Positions 62,851-64,000 of a stretch of DNA of 64,000 nt are shown here, piece by piece. The first letter of the stretch is position 1, and the number at the start of each line of letters is the position of its first letter. The translations under genes and the position numbers were made by a program. Under the pieces are notes generated by a model. That model worked only from the letters and a program-made list of their open reading frames with translations. It ran no database searches and was not told the origin of the DNA. This DNA comes from Takakia lepidozioides. Taxonomy: Eukaryota > Plantae > Bryophyta. The DNA lies in assembly GCA_030704615.1 (NCBI GenBank), contig CM060733.1:31930001-31994000 (forward strand). The letters are read 5' to 3'.

Positions 62851-64000
62851 TTAATAAGTCACAATGGTGAGGCAATAACAAGAAAGGAAGACGGTAGATA
62901 GTGTGTACAAAAACCACTAAGTACACTGGAACAGGAAGAGTGGGAAGATATTCATGTCATGTCAAGACATGGACAAGACCAACTAGGGTCATTGTCAATT
63001 AAAGACATAAACAGCCCCATGACAGGGCACCATCTAACATTTCCAGTCTTGTCATAACACACCAAGTGACGCCACCCATTCAGTCATGATAAAACAGGGT
63101 GGGAGGGCGGGGTATGTTCATGATCAGATTCCTGTCATGTACCCAAGTGACCCTTATGCACAATATAAGTCAGATTGCAGCCTCAAATTACATCATCCAT
63201 AGTTATCCATAAGATATGCACCATGCAAGATAGCATGGGCGTATAAGAGTATCTTGCCACATTACAGATCCAAGATATGTATACACAAGTACCTTGAGGT
63301 GATCCAAGACAAGCATTATGCAAAGTAGGTAAGAACAATCTGCCTTGCAACACATTCAGTGAGTGTTCACACCGGCAGCAGGAAGGACCAGCCTGCAATT
63401 AATTACACTTCAGGCCTGCCACCAAGTACACTTCTTGGGCAAGGTAAGCCATATTACAGTTTCACATTTGGCCAAATGTAAGCACCCCAAAGCATGCATC
63501 GTGCAAGGCCTTCTGGGTATGTAAGCACAGTCTGTCATTGTATATATTCAGGACTTGTGCACATAGGACTCTTGCATGGAAGAAAGGCCTGCCCTGTCAC
63601 AGCATCCAGATCTGGACACACATACACTTTGAGTGCCCAAGACCAAACCCACTTGGCCAAGATAAATCATACAATGCAGGTGGCTGTTCATATGGCAAAA
63701 TAGAGTAAATAATCATTGGCCAGAGTCCTTTAGAGCTTACCGTCATTGTTTCACAGGAGGCTAATGCCATGTTTTGCAAATAGAACCTCACTATGCTCCA
63801 TTCCACAACAAATCTAGATCTGAAAACGGCCTGTCACTGCCTTATCAGGCTGTCTTCTTTAACAAAACTCAGGTCTCCTCATCCTTAGAGCCAAACAACC
63901 ACTTATGACTTGTCCCTTACACCATCAATCCTCTTTTAAGGCCAAAAAAAAAGTGGAACCTAGTGTAAAAATCCACAGGCAAAGCTGTCAAAGATTCAAG

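Overview
Eukaryotic, repeat-dominated window from a land plant, most likely a seed-free lineage (inferred from PLS-type PPR relics and a Gypsy element carrying a PHD finger). From left to right: (1) 1-~11.2 kb is a Mutator-like element (MULE) with a DDE/SWIM transposase (-), a Ulp1-type SUMO protease gene (+) and an unknown ORF (+). Its introns, intergenic region and upstream region are packed with one short motif, GGGT(T/G)ACA(C), an architecture resembling Arabidopsis VANDAL/VANC anti-silencing elements. (2) 12-30 kb holds four disabled host genes (PPR, CSN8, amino-acid permease, cis-prenyltransferase) mixed with Gypsy, LINE and Copia relics and hAT MITEs. (3) 30-35 kb has a long-TIR MULE MITE, nested hAT MITEs, a possible piggyBac-like relic and an array of TTAA-bounded palindromes. 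(4) 35.3-56.4 kb is a Ty3/Gypsy element split by a near-intact 14.4 kb CACTA transposon (40776-55163, TSD CAA). Its TnpD and TnpA genes are divergent, and TnpA carries an in-frame spliced FCP1/SCP-type HAD phosphatase-like domain. (5) 56.4-64 kb contains LINE and MITE remnants and an unrecognised ORF of about 480 aa. All calls come from reading the sequence and recalling family motifs; no searches were run.
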